A DNA stretch of 63,593 nucleotides, counting the filler, from Licmophora abbreviata (Eukaryota): NCBI GenBank assembly GCA_900291995.1. It is 15 parts of 15 records of this genome, joined end to end, with 100 filler letters (N's around TTAATTAATTAA, not from the genome) between each part and the next. Parts side by side here need not be neighbours in the genome. Positions count along the whole stretch, not along the records: positions 32,851 to 39,817 come from OLMU01001574.1; positions 39,918 to 41,202 come from OLMU01001575.1; positions 41,303 to 42,579 come from OLMU01001576.1; positions 42,680 to 45,759 come from OLMU01001577.1; positions 45,860 to 53,693 come from OLMU01001578.1; 10 more parts are not named here. The stretch is one strand, 5' to 3'. The notes beneath the pieces are model-generated. The model made no database searches. It had not been told where the DNA came from and saw only the letters and a list, made by a program, of their open reading frames with translations. Below are positions 34,806 through 47,121 of this stretch, piece after piece (the first letter of the stretch is position 1; every line of letters begins with the position of its first letter). The translations under genes and the position numbers were made by a program.

Positions 34806-36524
34806 ATGAGTGCTCCTCCATCGATCAATCCCTTTTATATCGAACCTGCCGAAGTCGAAGATCGCTATGCGTGGCAAGACGACACGGACGACCTGGACGA
34901 GCTTCTCGAGCACGATGCATCTCCTGAAACCTACCACTCGCCTAGTAGTGGTAGCAGACGAAGTAGAAGGAGGGTTGGAAGACTCCCTGTATCGAATTTA
35001 GCCTATGACGATGACTTTGAGCATCTCAGTCAGATACAACGGCGCCGTCTTCGACTGGCCCTGCTGGGTCTCGCGTGCATGGTCCTGGTGTGGACGCTTG
35101 CGTCTCGGAAGACAACACCCCACACGGAGCAGAAGCCTATCAATGGACGATATGACGACGACGACGGAAATAATGACGATGACGTTGCGAGCCAGCAACC
35201 CCAGACTACGACTATTCAAGAGATTGCCGTGTTGGGCGAACGAGAATCGGGGGTCTCATGGCTTGCGAGCAAACTGAAGCAGTGCTATCCAGACCTATCC
35301 GTGTCGACATCTCTATCGCGCGAATACATGTGGTTTCAGGATGGGGAGCCATCGGTGACTCGTCCGTCGACAATGGTTGTGTCCGTCTTTCGAAATCCAT
35401 ATGACTGGGTGGAGCAGATGCGCCTGCATCCAAGATTCGCTCCATCGCATGCCCACTCCACATGGGAGGCCTTTGTGACCAAGCCATGGACTTTAGACGG
35501 ATATGTGAGCGACAGCGATGTGAATAATACAACATGTCAATTGGGTTTTCTCCGAATCGTGTTGCTCCATGCAAGAAAGATAATTCTTCCAATCCAGCAG
35601 TATATGAAATGAATCCGTCGGACGGCACTGTCTTTCCAAGCGTGGTGGACTTGAGAGCTGCCAAGATTCGCCATTTTGTCCAAGAGGTGGCAGCATATGC
35701 GCATGTTAAAGGGGTTGTGGTTGTAGAGTACGAACGGCTGGTGGGAGATGCACTGGATCGCCAACACGAGCACTCAGGGCTTCCGGGCCTGCTTACGACC
35801 TTGAATGACATCAAAGACAAAGCAAATGGCCTCGACTTTCACTGTGATGTGATATCTGACAAGTCCTTATTTGCACCCCCAAGCGACAATCACAAGAATC
35901 TGAAGCAAGACTTTGTCGATTGGATGAATGCGAATGTGAACTGGGACGCGGAAGAGCTTGTCGGCTATTCCCAGTGGACAAAAATCACTCCTTCGCAGGT
36001 CTTGTGGGACGCTTCCAATCCAGAGGGCCTCGCGCAGGACGACGATGATCTCGACAGTTACGATGATGATGACCTTTCGAATGATGTCAGCCCGTCCATC
36101 TCGCCATCGAAGAACAGTGAGGAGAATGAAACAACAACAGCCCAAGATCCAGTCGGCGGCAACCAGACTGCTAGTCCGGAAACACTTGCCACCAACTCTT
36201 GAACCTACTGCCGCTGACACGAGTGTTGAGTCGAACAGCACGATGGAGCCAACCTTGACACCGAACAACGCTACCGAGGGTGGAACTGGTACAGATCCGC
36301 CATCGTCCGAACCTACCGCCTTGGGTACGAATGATAACTCGGAGCCGCCGTCCGTTGAACCTACAGCCCCGGAAACGAATGGCGAAGATGAGACTGGCAC
36401 GACCGCGCCGACCCCGCAGGAAACGCATGATACTCACACCAACTTGACGATTGCCACAGAGCCACCTGTTGATAGCCCACCAAGCAATGAAACAGCTCCC
36501 CACGACGAGAACGACGTTCGATAG
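34806..36524 (+). CDS. Type II membrane protein with a sulfotransferase-like P-loop domain and Pro/Thr-rich tail (frameshifts ~35548 and ~36185)
   Basis: TM LALLGLACMVLVWTLA; VLGERESGVSW; VFRNPYDW; VEYERL. Confidence 0.6.
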
Positions 36525-36567
36525 AAGAATATTAGTACTCTCTTACTTACTGTCTATACTACTCCAT

Positions 36568-37722
36568 TCAATACTCTTTCTTGCACTTGTAGAATTGTCG
36601 AAGACGGTTAGTGCCGTACAAGAGATAATCAAAATCTTTGCACCCTTCCATGGCTGCCTGATTGACCGCCCACAGGCTCCAATAAACATGGTTCACCATG
36701 ACAAATGCATGCACCTGCTTGAGAAAGTCCTGAATCTCGGAACTCGTAGGCGAGGAATCGTTTGCACTATAACTCTGTAGATAGCACTGGACAAATTGCT
36801 GCTGCAGTTCTTCCGACGGAAACCATTCGTATTGTGGGACCCCATCCTCAGTACCGCCAGCAAACTCATTGAAGTGATTCGCAATGTCAAAGGCTCGAAA
36901 GTTGACACCGCCATATTCAAAGTCAATCAGTTGAATGTGCGGAGCATCAGTAGAAGTCTCATCTCCCGACAACAGCAAAATATTGGCCGCCAAGACATCG
37001 TTGTGACAAAAGGAGACTGGAGCATCGTGAGGGACGACAGTATCGTGAAGCCATGCGATTTCCTTCTGGACCTGGGGTAGGTCCAGCTTGGCAGCCCGTT
37101 GCGTGTCATTCTCGCACTGAAACTTGGAATTCAATGCTTGTTGCATCCATGTCTCAATCTGTGTCCAAAGGGAAGGCTGTGATGGAGGATGATAGGGCCG
37201 TAGGTGCTCTGGAACCTCAAAGGTCGCATGCATCGTACCAAGCTGGGTCGCAATCGCCCGGGAGTAGTCCATGTTGGCCAGTTCCCGAATTTCCAATGCT
37301 CGTGCCGGCAACCAACCCTCCAACCGTCCATTCTGAAAGCGACCATGATACGGAGGCGCCAGTTTGACCCTCGATAGTGCCGCATACAAGGAATTCTCCA
37401 CATCTCGATCAATCATGCCTTCAGCGCCAAAGACTCGCACCAGCCCATCGTGCATCCCTGACGACTCGTCATTCGCCGGCTCCCATGAGACACGAAAGAG
37501 CTGGTTCGTGATGCCTCCCGAGACCTTACTGACTTTCATGGCAGATTTTACATTCTCCTGGAGTCCCAATAACTCTATGACGACCCTCTCAATCGTCTCT
37601 GGATCGTCGCATTCCACCTTCAAGAAAGGCATGTACGGTGCGTCGTCAATCTGAACGCGAAAACTAGCATCGGCTTTCTGCGGATGCTCCTCGCGAGCTT
37701 TCACGTAGTCTGGAGGAGCCAT
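36568..37722 (-). CDS. ETNK: Ethanolamine/choline kinase
   Basis: SGGITNQL, Brenner motif FCHNDVLAANI, IDFEYGG...FDIANHFNE. Confidence 0.95.
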   Translation of the reverse strand: MAPPDYVKAREEHPQKADASFRVQIDDAPYMPFLKVECDDPETIERVVIELLGLQENVKSAMKVSKVSGGITNQLFRVSWEPANDESSGMHDGLVRVFGAEGMIDRDVENSLYAALSRVKLAPPYHGRFQNGRLEGWLPARALEIRELANMDYSRAIATQLGTMHATFEVPEHLRPYHPPSQPSLWTQIETWMQQALNSKFQCENDTQRAAKLDLPQVQKEIAWLHDTVVPHDAPVSFCHNDVLAANILLLSGDETSTDAPHIQLIDFEYGGVNFRAFDIANHFNEFAGGTEDGVPQYEWFPSEELQQQFVQCYLQSYSANDSSPTSSEIQDFLKQVHAFVMVNHVYWSLWAVNQAAMEGCKDFDYLLYGTNRLRQFYKCKKEY

Positions 37723-38132
37723 GATTTGAGGTGCAGGAGCGAAGGGTATTCAATGACTGAGCAAGAGGACGCGGTGGCACTACTGAGCACGGTACCAGCA
37801 GTATTCGGCAGAGTCACGTTCACGCCATGGTGGGTGGTGAACATAGCATTGCAAAAAACCCAAAAAAGAAGAGCTTGCGTGGCCTGAAATTTGAAATTCG
37901 CATCGACGATCCGTGACTGCGTGACTCACGACCCACAGTTGGGTCCCGGATTTGAGTCCTGTACACCCCGGAGTTTCAAACTTGATACCAATGACATCAT
38001 GACGGACATGGCCAAGCTTTAAGGAGGCGTTTGACATTGCGACATCATCAACAATAATCAACAACCCAAGCATTTCGAAACAAAGAAACCATTCTTACTC
38101 TCATTCACACCCACATCACTGTCTGTGTAGCA

Positions 38133-38963
38133 ACGAAGACTATCAATGTTGTTTCATCATATCTTGTGGCAGCCACTTGGGTCGGCGATACCTGTGCGTT
38201 TGCTCCGGTGAAGAATCCACGAGTTCTTGTAGTGCCGAGAATCGCCGGCGCGCCTCTCGTTGCGGCCAGTTCGCCTCTGTGGAGCAGCAGTGCTGTAGAT
38301 TCCTAGTTGATTGGAGCAGCTGCCTCTTTGTTTTGACGAAGATACTCACGCACGCCTGGTTGGCCCTATTGTCATTCGTCTGACCTTGCTCTCCTGGAAG
38401 TCGATCAAGATGAGGCCAAGAAAGAGATTGCCACGAATTGTGGGATGGATTCTCAATTCTGGAATTCTATTCATGCTCGGAGGATCCGCGTCACTATTTC
38501 TACCCATCTACTCCAGTAGTATCGCATACAATGGAATGCGCATCTCACTAGTGGCCATTGGCTTGGTTAGTCTATTGGGCCTGTTTACCGCCGAAAAGGG
38601 CTTTCGTGTCAAGGCTGGCTTGCTCGGTTCCTTTCAGCTGTTTCTCGCCACCCGCATGTACAAGTTCCCATTTACAGTATGCACATTCTGACGGTGGTCA
38701 CTCTCGCTTCAACAATCGGGGAGGGCCTTCACGAGGTGACATTTGCGATTTAGAATCGGAGCATGCTTCGTTGGGAGTTCAATGCTTTGAGTGGTCTGGG
38801 CTCGATTGCCGTCGCTGGCTATTGTGCTTTCAATATGCCCGTGTCCTCCTTCGTTGTCCCTGGTATCACTCTGGGTGTCAATAGGATGACACTCGGTGTC
38901 GCCAAGGTTGCACTTGGTCTATTCGGTCAAGTCGAATCGAAGAAGACGATCGATTCGTCTTAG
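38133..38963 (+). pseudogene. Disrupted gene for a plastid-targeted multi-TM protein
   Basis: ACG-KTINVVSSYLVAATWVGDTCA-FAP (ACG where ATG is expected), an in-frame TAG near 38304, then hydrophobic ORF pieces in shifting frames. Confidence 0.4.
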
Positions 38964-39176
38964 GAGAACAACAAGCCAAGCTCGAAGATGCACTTTTACA
39001 CAATGACACTAAGATCGCGCTACGATGTAGCGATATACCAATAATTCACTTTCATCGAGACTACTAGCTATTGCTGGTTGGTATGTTATACGCATAATGT
39101 AACCCTACATGTTTGGCTCGGCCTTCCACTTTTTCATTGCCACTTTGTCCTGTCAACCTATCTCTTTTCATTTTGC

Positions 39177-42100
39177 TCAAGATGAGGTGTCTTCCTTAGC
39201 CTTGACAGCTTCACACTCGGGGACCACACCCTCACCACAGCAGCTGCACTCCATATCGCAACTCAAACGTACCTGCTCTGAGTTATCCATCAAGAGATCG
39301 AGCGCCGAGCAAACTTTGTCAGGCACACTCCCTGTCATTCGGTTGCGGTCCAAGCGAAGAGTTTCTGAAAATATTGAAAGAAGACAGCACCTACCGTGAG
39401 CGGTTTCTTCGATACAGTGAAGATTTAAGTCTCTGCCGATGAAGTAAGCAACACAGGAACTCACCGAGCTTCACTAGACGCCCAAATGACTCTGGCAAAG
39501 ATCCACTTATCTCGTTGTCAGACAGCATGAGAGTACTCAGTTCATTCATGCGACCCATGCGACTAGGCAACTTGCCCGTGAGAACGTTGGATGTGAAATC
39601 CATGTGACCTGTCAAACGCAGAAAGCGATTCGATGAGTTTGAACTCTTGCTTTTATGGATTGTGAGTACAGCGCATATAGCTCGACTTACGAAGTTCTTG
39701 AAGATCGGCTAGATCGACCGGGATGCTTCCATCCATTCGATTGCCACGTAGGTCAAGCACCTCCAGCCTGGATAGGTCTCCGTAGCTTTCCGGAATAGGT
39801 CCTGAGATGTCGCAGTTNNNNNNNNNNNNNNNNNNNNNNNNNNNNNNNNNNNNNNNNNNNNTTAATTAATTAANNNNNNNNNNNNNNNNNNNNNNNNNNN
39901 NNNNNNNNNNNNNNNNNCCACGGGAGGAAAGGTCAGCTACGAAAAGGTGCCATCCAAAGACAAAGATAACTTATTTCCGGCTTACCGATATAGTCCAGGC
40001 CCTGCAACCCTGGAGGAATCGTCCCGAAAAGATTATTTTCGGAATAGTCGATAAAAGTCAGCGACTCCCCAAACGTTTCTGGCAAGGATCCATCAAACGC
40101 GTTACGTGAGAAGTCAACATACTCTAAGTTCGAACCTGCAAAACCGAGTACGTTGCCGTGGAATAAATTTCCCGACAAATCGATCTTTCTTAGGGTCGGT
40201 AGATCTTGAAAGTGATCAGAAATCGTTCCTCCAAAGAGATTATTCGAGAAGTCGATCTCGCGCAGCCGGAGGTCCCCTGTTTTCCAGGTGGACGTAAAGC
40301 CCAATTTCGTGTCGACACTAGATGGAACGATCGAAATTGTACCTGACAAACGATTATTGCTCACACTAACTTTCTCTTTTCGGAGAATAGCGTCGTAAAA
40401 CAACGGGAGAGTGCCTGTAAGTTCGTTGTTGTCTAGGTGGAGGAACGCTACATCCTCCATTCGCATCAAGTCTGAAGGGATTGCTCCTCCGAAGTGGTTG
40501 TTCCTTAAGTCAACCTTGGCTGCGAAAACAGAAGTACCAGGACTGCGTGAGTTGAACGACGAGTAACCCTTGTGTGCCGACTATCAAACAGAACGGAACT
40601 TACACAGATACCTTAGGTCCCCGAATTTGCCGCTGATAGTCCCGGTAAGTCGATTGAAGCTCAAGTCCAATGACCTGAGTTTCTGTAGGCCAAAGAAATT
40701 CTCTTTCAAAGCCCCAGTGAGATGATTGCCACTCAAGTCTAAGCTACTCAGCGCTGATAGACCACCGAAATCTGGGATAGTTCCAGTGATTTTGTTGTCA
40801 TTCAATCGAATCATGTGAAGAGAAGTAAGATCCGCAATCGTCTCCGGAAGGCTACCAGTCAAATTGTTCCCGCTCAAGTGAAGTCCTTCGAGGTGGGAGA
40901 GAAACTTCAACTCATGCGGAAGCCGCCCCGTCAAATTGTTCCGGTTCAGTTCAAGCGAAACAGCTTGGCCCTGTCTACATGCGATTGATGGCCCCCAATC
41001 ACACTCCTGCGCGTCTGGGTCTAGCCAGCCACCTTGGGTACGCCACCCTACTTCGCCTTGAGTGGCAAAATACAATACCACGAGGACGTATCGTTGAATC
41101 AAAGCCTGTGAGGCAGGGGCAGTCCAGGGTAGATCTAAGCCGTCTTGATTCGCCAGCCAGAAGGAGGCGGAGTGTTGGGGAGTTCCTATCGTGGTAAGAT
41201 CTNNNNNNNNNNNNNNNNNNNNNNNNNNNNNNNNNNNNNNNNNNNNTTAATTAATTAANNNNNNNNNNNNNNNNNNNNNNNNNNNNNNNNNNNNNNNNNN
41301 NNAGTGCAACAACCAGCTCGTCGAGCTGCACTGTTGGCATCGGTGTAGGAGCATGCGTGGGAGCTTCATCGACAACGGAGCCGTTACTGCCGCTCCCCAG
41401 AAAAGCGCCTAGAAATATCCCGGCGATCACGAAAATGATGAAAAGAGCGGAGCAAAAGCAAATCTTACATTTGCGCGGCATCCGCTTCACCCGAATCACG
41501 TCAGCCACAACAACAGAAATGTCATCTACTGCCGTCGCCTGAACGATGCTCTCAAGTCCATCGCTGAAGAACGACACCAGTGAGAAGGTGGACGCTGTGG
41601 TAGTTGAGCCCCTCATTTCACTTTCCATACAATCACGCCTTGAGTATTGCGGCCAGTTAGGAGCTAGCCCAAACGCTCGTCCCTCCATTGGCACCGCCCC
41701 TGGCTGCTCAGCCCGAGGGAAGTTTCGATGGCTGCTACGGCGATTGCCGCCAAGAGGGGCTTGCGTGTGCGTGCTTTGCTCGGCAGGACGATTTGTGGGC
41801 GTGGTCGATCGGCTCGGGACCGGAGATCCCTGGCGATTCGGGCCAGAGGATCCGGTGGCATGCTGATGGTTTGCTGTGTCAACTTCCGCCTGTCCCGCCT
41901 CAAGATCAGACCTACTATTCTCTACAGTGACAATAGACGGGCTGCTTGGGATCCGGACAGTTGTCCCTTTGCCCCTTGTCGGAAAAGCACTAGAATTTGC
42001 ATAGTGGTTCATCTTGGATTCCTTCAATGGTGCTGTCCTTTTGGCCGCCATGCTGCTCAGAAATCTGTCGAGACGAGAAGGTTCCTCTGAACCGGAAGCT

Positions 42101-42899
42101 AAGTTCCTCTTCGAGATGACGTCGGTCAACATCATTGTTTCCTTAGAGACGCCTTCGGTTTGAATAGCAAGATGCCGGTCAGGGGTGTAGGAGGTCGCGC
42201 CGGACAAGGCGCCACCTAATATCTCCGCCTCCTTCGACACTTCGGCAGTGCAGTTCACACCAGCAGTGGCAAATGGGAGAGAGCGGGAGTCCTCCTGATA
42301 GTCGATCATATTACTCGCCTCGTGCGCCACGCCGACCCGGATGGTCGACTCGAATACCGCGCCACTTTGATCCAATGGTGTCGAGCTTTCTGTGGAGCTT
42401 GATCGTCCGTCGACCTGATCACCTAGCATTGCGTTCAACAGGTCCCGGTCGCTACGGGAAGCTTCTCGCATCGAAGTAGATCTGTCGGGCTTCGTCTTTG
42501 ACGCCTCGAACTGGTGAACCAACTCTTCCATCTCATTCTGATCATGATCCTCGGCCGTCGTGGTCCTCTTGCTCCCGGGNNNNNNNNNNNNNNNNNNNNN
42601 NNNNNNNNNNNNNNNNNNNNNNNTTAATTAATTAANNNNNNNNNNNNNNNNNNNNNNNNNNNNNNNNNNNNNNNNNNNNTCCCGGGCATTGCTTTCTTCT
42701 TCGTTTCACGTTGTTTGGTTTTCAAAAGAGCTTCCGCATAAGCATCTGTCGTACCAGGAAAATTCCCCGAAGAGTGGGCAGAGTCCTCTGAATCTGTTGC
42801 GCCATTGCTCTGCCTTTCCAAGAGACGAGCCAGCGACCTATCACGACCACCACCGCTGTCATCCTTTCCACCCGAGGTGGATTGACGAGGATCGCTCAT
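39177..42899 (-). CDS. Diatom-type membrane-anchored LRR receptor-like protein (multi-exon, spans three gaps)
   Basis: Disordered N-terminus with PGAV motif; TM ICFCSALFIIFVIAGIFLGAFL; PT linker; N-cap QRYVLVVLYFAT...W...ECDW; many LxxNxLxGxLP repeats; CxCC C-cap. Confidence 0.85.
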
Positions 42900-43309
42900 G
42901 TTTTCAGTCAATACATTCCATGCCCCGCGCAAGTTCACAATCCGAAGTTGCTGTTGGCATGGGCGGAAAATGTTTTCGTTTCGTCGATTGGTTTTTATCA
43001 ACTATGCCCAAAGGGTCACTATCGGCATAAATGTAAAGTATCAAAAGATGACCTTGACACATTCAATCTTGGTTGAACTCAATTATCAACGAGAGCTCTC
43101 GACCCAAAGTTTTACAGAGGAAAACGGAGCTCGGAATGATCATTGGCATTAAAATCATGCCCTATCCACACATGTATACCTTTCAAAATGTCGCCAAAAA
43201 ATTTGGATGTTGGATGTTGGATCGCCGGATCAATCAATGGGGCTTCATTCGCCACTTTCCCCCTTCGTTCTGTCTACAAGGTAGAACAAGCACTCCTAGT
43301 CACACCACA

Positions 43310-43979
43310 ATGGTGCAAAAGATTCTCGACAAAGTCCTCAACGCTTGCTGCGCAGACGGGCTTCCTTTTGGAAAGCAGGACGAAGAACCGGAGCAGGAGG
43401 TCACCGCGGCGACGAAGACGGCAGCGCCCGCCACGAAGTCTAGGGCCGTCATCAAGCCCGTAAAGAGGTAAGTGTTCGAATCAGCTGACTTCTACCAACA
43501 GGAATGCACTTCACTTCTTCTGTGACACTGGCTTCCAATAACAACTACCCTCGTCACTTTTTCTGTTTCACAGTGCCGGCCAGTTTACGGGAAAACAAAC
43601 CAAGTACTTGGACTACAAGCACAAGGATGCGCCCGCGAAGGTCCAGAAGGCCATTATCACACTCGGTTTTACGGAGTCCGATTGGCCAAACGCCTGGCCC
43701 GAGTCTGAAAACATGTGGTTCGAGGATCTCACGGAAGAGCAACAGGAGGCTGCCAAGACACTTGGATTCGATGCCACGAGCTGGAACACGTTCTACGAAG
43801 GCAAGTCCTGGAGTGAGTTGCCAGAGGGTGTTAAGAAAGCAGCAAAGGTTGCTGGATTAACCATGGAGACATGGGAGAGTCAAGATTGGCCAGAGAGCAC
43901 GGACAAGTCGTGGGAAGATCTGGACGAAGACGTACAGAAGGCCATGATGGTTTTTGGGTACAGCAAGAACTGGTGGTGA
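43310..43979 (+). CDS. Small protein with ~30-aa Trp-rich repeats; exons 43310-43467 and 43574-43979
   Basis: The splice restores frame; repeats W.DL...Q.AA..LG....W; CC motif near the N-terminus. Confidence 0.75.
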
Positions 43980-44154
43980 CCGGCAAGCATGTTTTATGTC
44001 CAGTGTAAGACGGACGGAACATACACACGAAGCGGTCCATACAGTCCACCCACCCCCAAAGAGGTAGAACCAAGCAAAATGTCAATGACACTGATCAAAT
44101 CTCTGACCTGCATGAAAATGAGTAGCTAGCGAATGAAGCACCTCAGAGATACTT

Positions 44155-45294
44155 CTATATGTTACTCTTGTATAGGGTATTGGTCCCCGGCCGAAACCCT
44201 ACAGGCAATGTATCCGGGAGCATTCCTGCACGAGCATCTTGCAGCGCCCGTTCAATATTCGCATTCATTTCCTGATACACAGGCGAGCCTTGCCACAGCT
44301 CCTGACTGGCATAGTCATGAAAAGGCATCCACTTGAGATCCGCAATCTCCTCCTCTTGCAAGCTTGGAGTCTGACTTTCATCCACCAATTTCATCAAGCA
44401 AATAAAGAACAAGTCAGAAGTCTGATTGGTATTGTGGTTGTGCGCCTGTCTCATACACACAATCCGTTCCATACACGCGTCCAACCCAGTCTCTTCTTGC
44501 AACTCTCGTATCGCTGCATCTCCAATATCTTCCCCCGGATCCAGTAGTCCCGTCGGCATTTTCCACAGCTTCCGTTTCGCAGCTGGTCCCGTCTTTTCTT
44601 GTACCACAAGCATATGTCCATCACTCTTTCGAATCACCAAGGCTCCCACGCCCACTTGATGCGTGGGGCCAAAGGGAAGTCGAGAGGGGGACGATAACAA
44701 CCATTTCTTCAAAATCAATACACCATGGTGTTGTTGTTGTTGATGATGATGAACGACATCATGAAATTCAAAGTCATGCTCCATAATGCTGGGTATCAAG
44801 TGACTAAGACGCTTGGGTACGTGTACCCAGACACCGCGCTTTTTCGTGTTGTGCTCCGTATCGTCGTCGGTGATGCCGTGGGTCCAGACATCCAGTGCGG
44901 CTGCGAGGGCCTTCTGAAAGGTGTTCGGGTCGTGAAAGGATTCATCGAGGTGTTCCAGTAGCAGTGTGATGCCCTGATACGTGTCTTCCTGAAGACAGTC
45001 GTCGTCAAATAGCAACGAAGCTCTTCTGCCGTCGACAATGATGGGTGATGTAGTGGCGGAGGACATGTTCTTGTGATCGTTACAGACAGCCTGCTGGTCA
45101 CCAGCAGTCATCGAATTGGAAGGTAAGATACCTCGAGCCAAGATGGATGATGGGCGTCTGTTTAGCTTTGGTACAAACGCAGAAACGGCTGTTGCAGGCA
45201 ACAGCGACAAGGAGTCTAGAGCAACGACAAGGCCAATACAACGAATCAGATTGCGAGCAAACTTATTCCAAGCACGCTGGTGCTCTAGCTTCAT
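44155..45294 (-). CDS. Nudix hydrolase (NUDT6 / plant NUDT2-8 type), probably plastid-targeted
   Basis: Nudix box GLLDPGEDIGDAAIRELQEETG; LP.GPTHQVGVG; presequence VSA-FVP. Confidence 0.92.
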   Translation of the reverse strand: MKLEHQRAWNKFARNLIRCIGLVVALDSLSLLPATAVSAFVPKLNRRPSSILARGILPSNSMTAGDQQAVCNDHKNMSSATTSPIIVDGRRASLLFDDDCLQEDTYQGITLLLEHLDESFHDPNTFQKALAAALDVWTHGITDDDTEHNTKKRGVWVHVPKRLSHLIPSIMEHDFEFHDVVHHHQQQQHHGVLILKKWLLSSPSRLPFGPTHQVGVGALVIRKSDGHMLVVQEKTGPAAKRKLWKMPTGLLDPGEDIGDAAIRELQEETGLDACMERIVCMRQAHNHNTNQTSDLFFICLMKLVDESQTPSLQEEEIADLKWMPFHDYASQELWQGSPVYQEMNANIERALQDARAGMLPDTLPVGFRPGTNTLYKSNI

Positions 45295-45874
45295 GAAACG
45301 TCGTCAAGCTGAGGTTTTAGAGAAGTAGTAGAAGGAATGTACGAGTACAGCAGTGCAATTGGACCGTCCGATGGATACAGTCCGTGCAAAACGATGAGTC
45401 TGATGATGACTAAACTATACATTCGACGTCGTGCTGTGGTGTGTTTCGAACACGGATGAGGCGCGATGAGCAAAACTGAAAAAATACTGAGGTGGAGCGA
45501 GAAAAAGCCGGGTCTCTTTCACCTCATCACGTAGACTGCAGTACGAAACTATAGTCTACGAAGCATACGCAGCTCGACTACGCGCGTGCCGGGCATAACT
45601 TCATACTTTCGCTCCAATAAGCTCTCGTCATCGCGCTGCGGCGACCATGGGGACGACCGCGGCGTTGAATACGTTGTAGAAGAACAGCACTGCTCAGCTT
45701 GTATTTCAAGTTTCCCACGGCGTGTTGTCTTCCTTCCTGCACTTCTTACTTTGATATATNNNNNNNNNNNNNNNNNNNNNNNNNNNNNNNNNNNNNNNNN
45801 NNNTTAATTAATTAANNNNNNNNNNNNNNNNNNNNNNNNNNNNNNNNNNNNNNNNNNNNTGTAACAATTTCAGC

Positions 45875-47022
45875 ATGACAGATCTGCTGCTGGAACCGCA
45901 GCCCGACGACGAGACCGCAAAGTCTACTACTGACTTGTCGCAAGACTCGTTTTCCCTCCGCATCAAGTCCTCCGCCATGTTTCAGGACGTCTTTGTGACT
46001 GTCACTCCAGAGACGACCATTCAAGAATGTAAAAGTCTCGTTCGTACCGAACTGGGAGGAGGTGACTACGAGACTCGCTACTTGCGACTTATAAGTCACG
46101 GACGACTCCTAGCACCTGATACTAGTACGCTGGGTGCCTTTCAATTGAAGCATCAAGATGTCGTACATGCGGTCTTTGCAGCTGCAGGAGTACGAGGAGG
46201 ACAGCAGGCCTTGTTGGCGCGTGGAATGAGCAATAGTAGTGGTGGCAATGCACACCGGCGGTATCGAGGGACTGGATTGAATTCGCAGGGACGGGCAGTT
46301 CGTTCCAGTGGTGCGTGGAGTGATGAGGATGAACATGACGGAGATCAATCGGATGGGACGGATGACGAAGAACAAGGACGAGAACGACTGGGCTTTGATC
46401 GACTGAGACTGGTACGTCATGATGCGTGTTTTTTTCTTTGCGTGTCGTCGCTCAAGCTCATTTACACTGTTACTTCTCGTCTGTATTGGGTTTTCTCTCA
46501 AAATTTCTCCATGATCAGTCCGGCATGTCAAGACTCGAGATATCGGCGGTTCGTTCCTACTTTTCTCGACACGTCGACCGCTACGCCACGGAACATCCCG
46601 AAGCTTTGAGCGACGCAAATACTACCGACAACGAGGCCACTACTTCCAACGCCGAAGACCCTACCAACGACCCCGCACGTAGACGCCTCCTCTACGAAGA
46701 TGCTTGGATGCAAGCTCAAGGCCCGCTGTCGGAATTTCGACTTAATTTGAATCAAAACTTGAGCACGTCCTTATGGACGGGGGCACGTGGCGATACGACG
46801 GCTCCTCCCTCACCTCTCTTGGCCACGCGCATGGGCACGGACCGTGATTTCATGTTTGGAATTCTGCTCGGATTTTTTGTAGGTTATTTTATGCTGCTTT
46901 GGGTATGGATGCCGACGGTGCCTCACAAGCAAAAGTTGGGAATACTGACTGGGATATCGATCCAGCTGGTACTGACCTTGCTTCGGAACGAGGAAGAAGT
47001 GCCTGTGGATTTGGATGAGTGA
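45875..47022 (+). CDS. DSC3: DSC E3 ligase complex subunit 3-like protein (ubiquitin-like domain + DUF2407 C-terminus); intron ~46412-46518
   Basis: Ubl domain (LRLISHGRLL); GFDRL..SGMSRLEISAVRSYF; DFMFGILLGFF TM hairpin. Confidence 0.8.
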
Positions 47023-47121
47023 CAGGCACATGTCGAATAGCGAAGATCAATTATCATATTAGGATTATGAATGTTCTTAAAGTAAAACAAGAGAAGCTAC
47101 ATCATCAAGGCGTTAGTTGCT

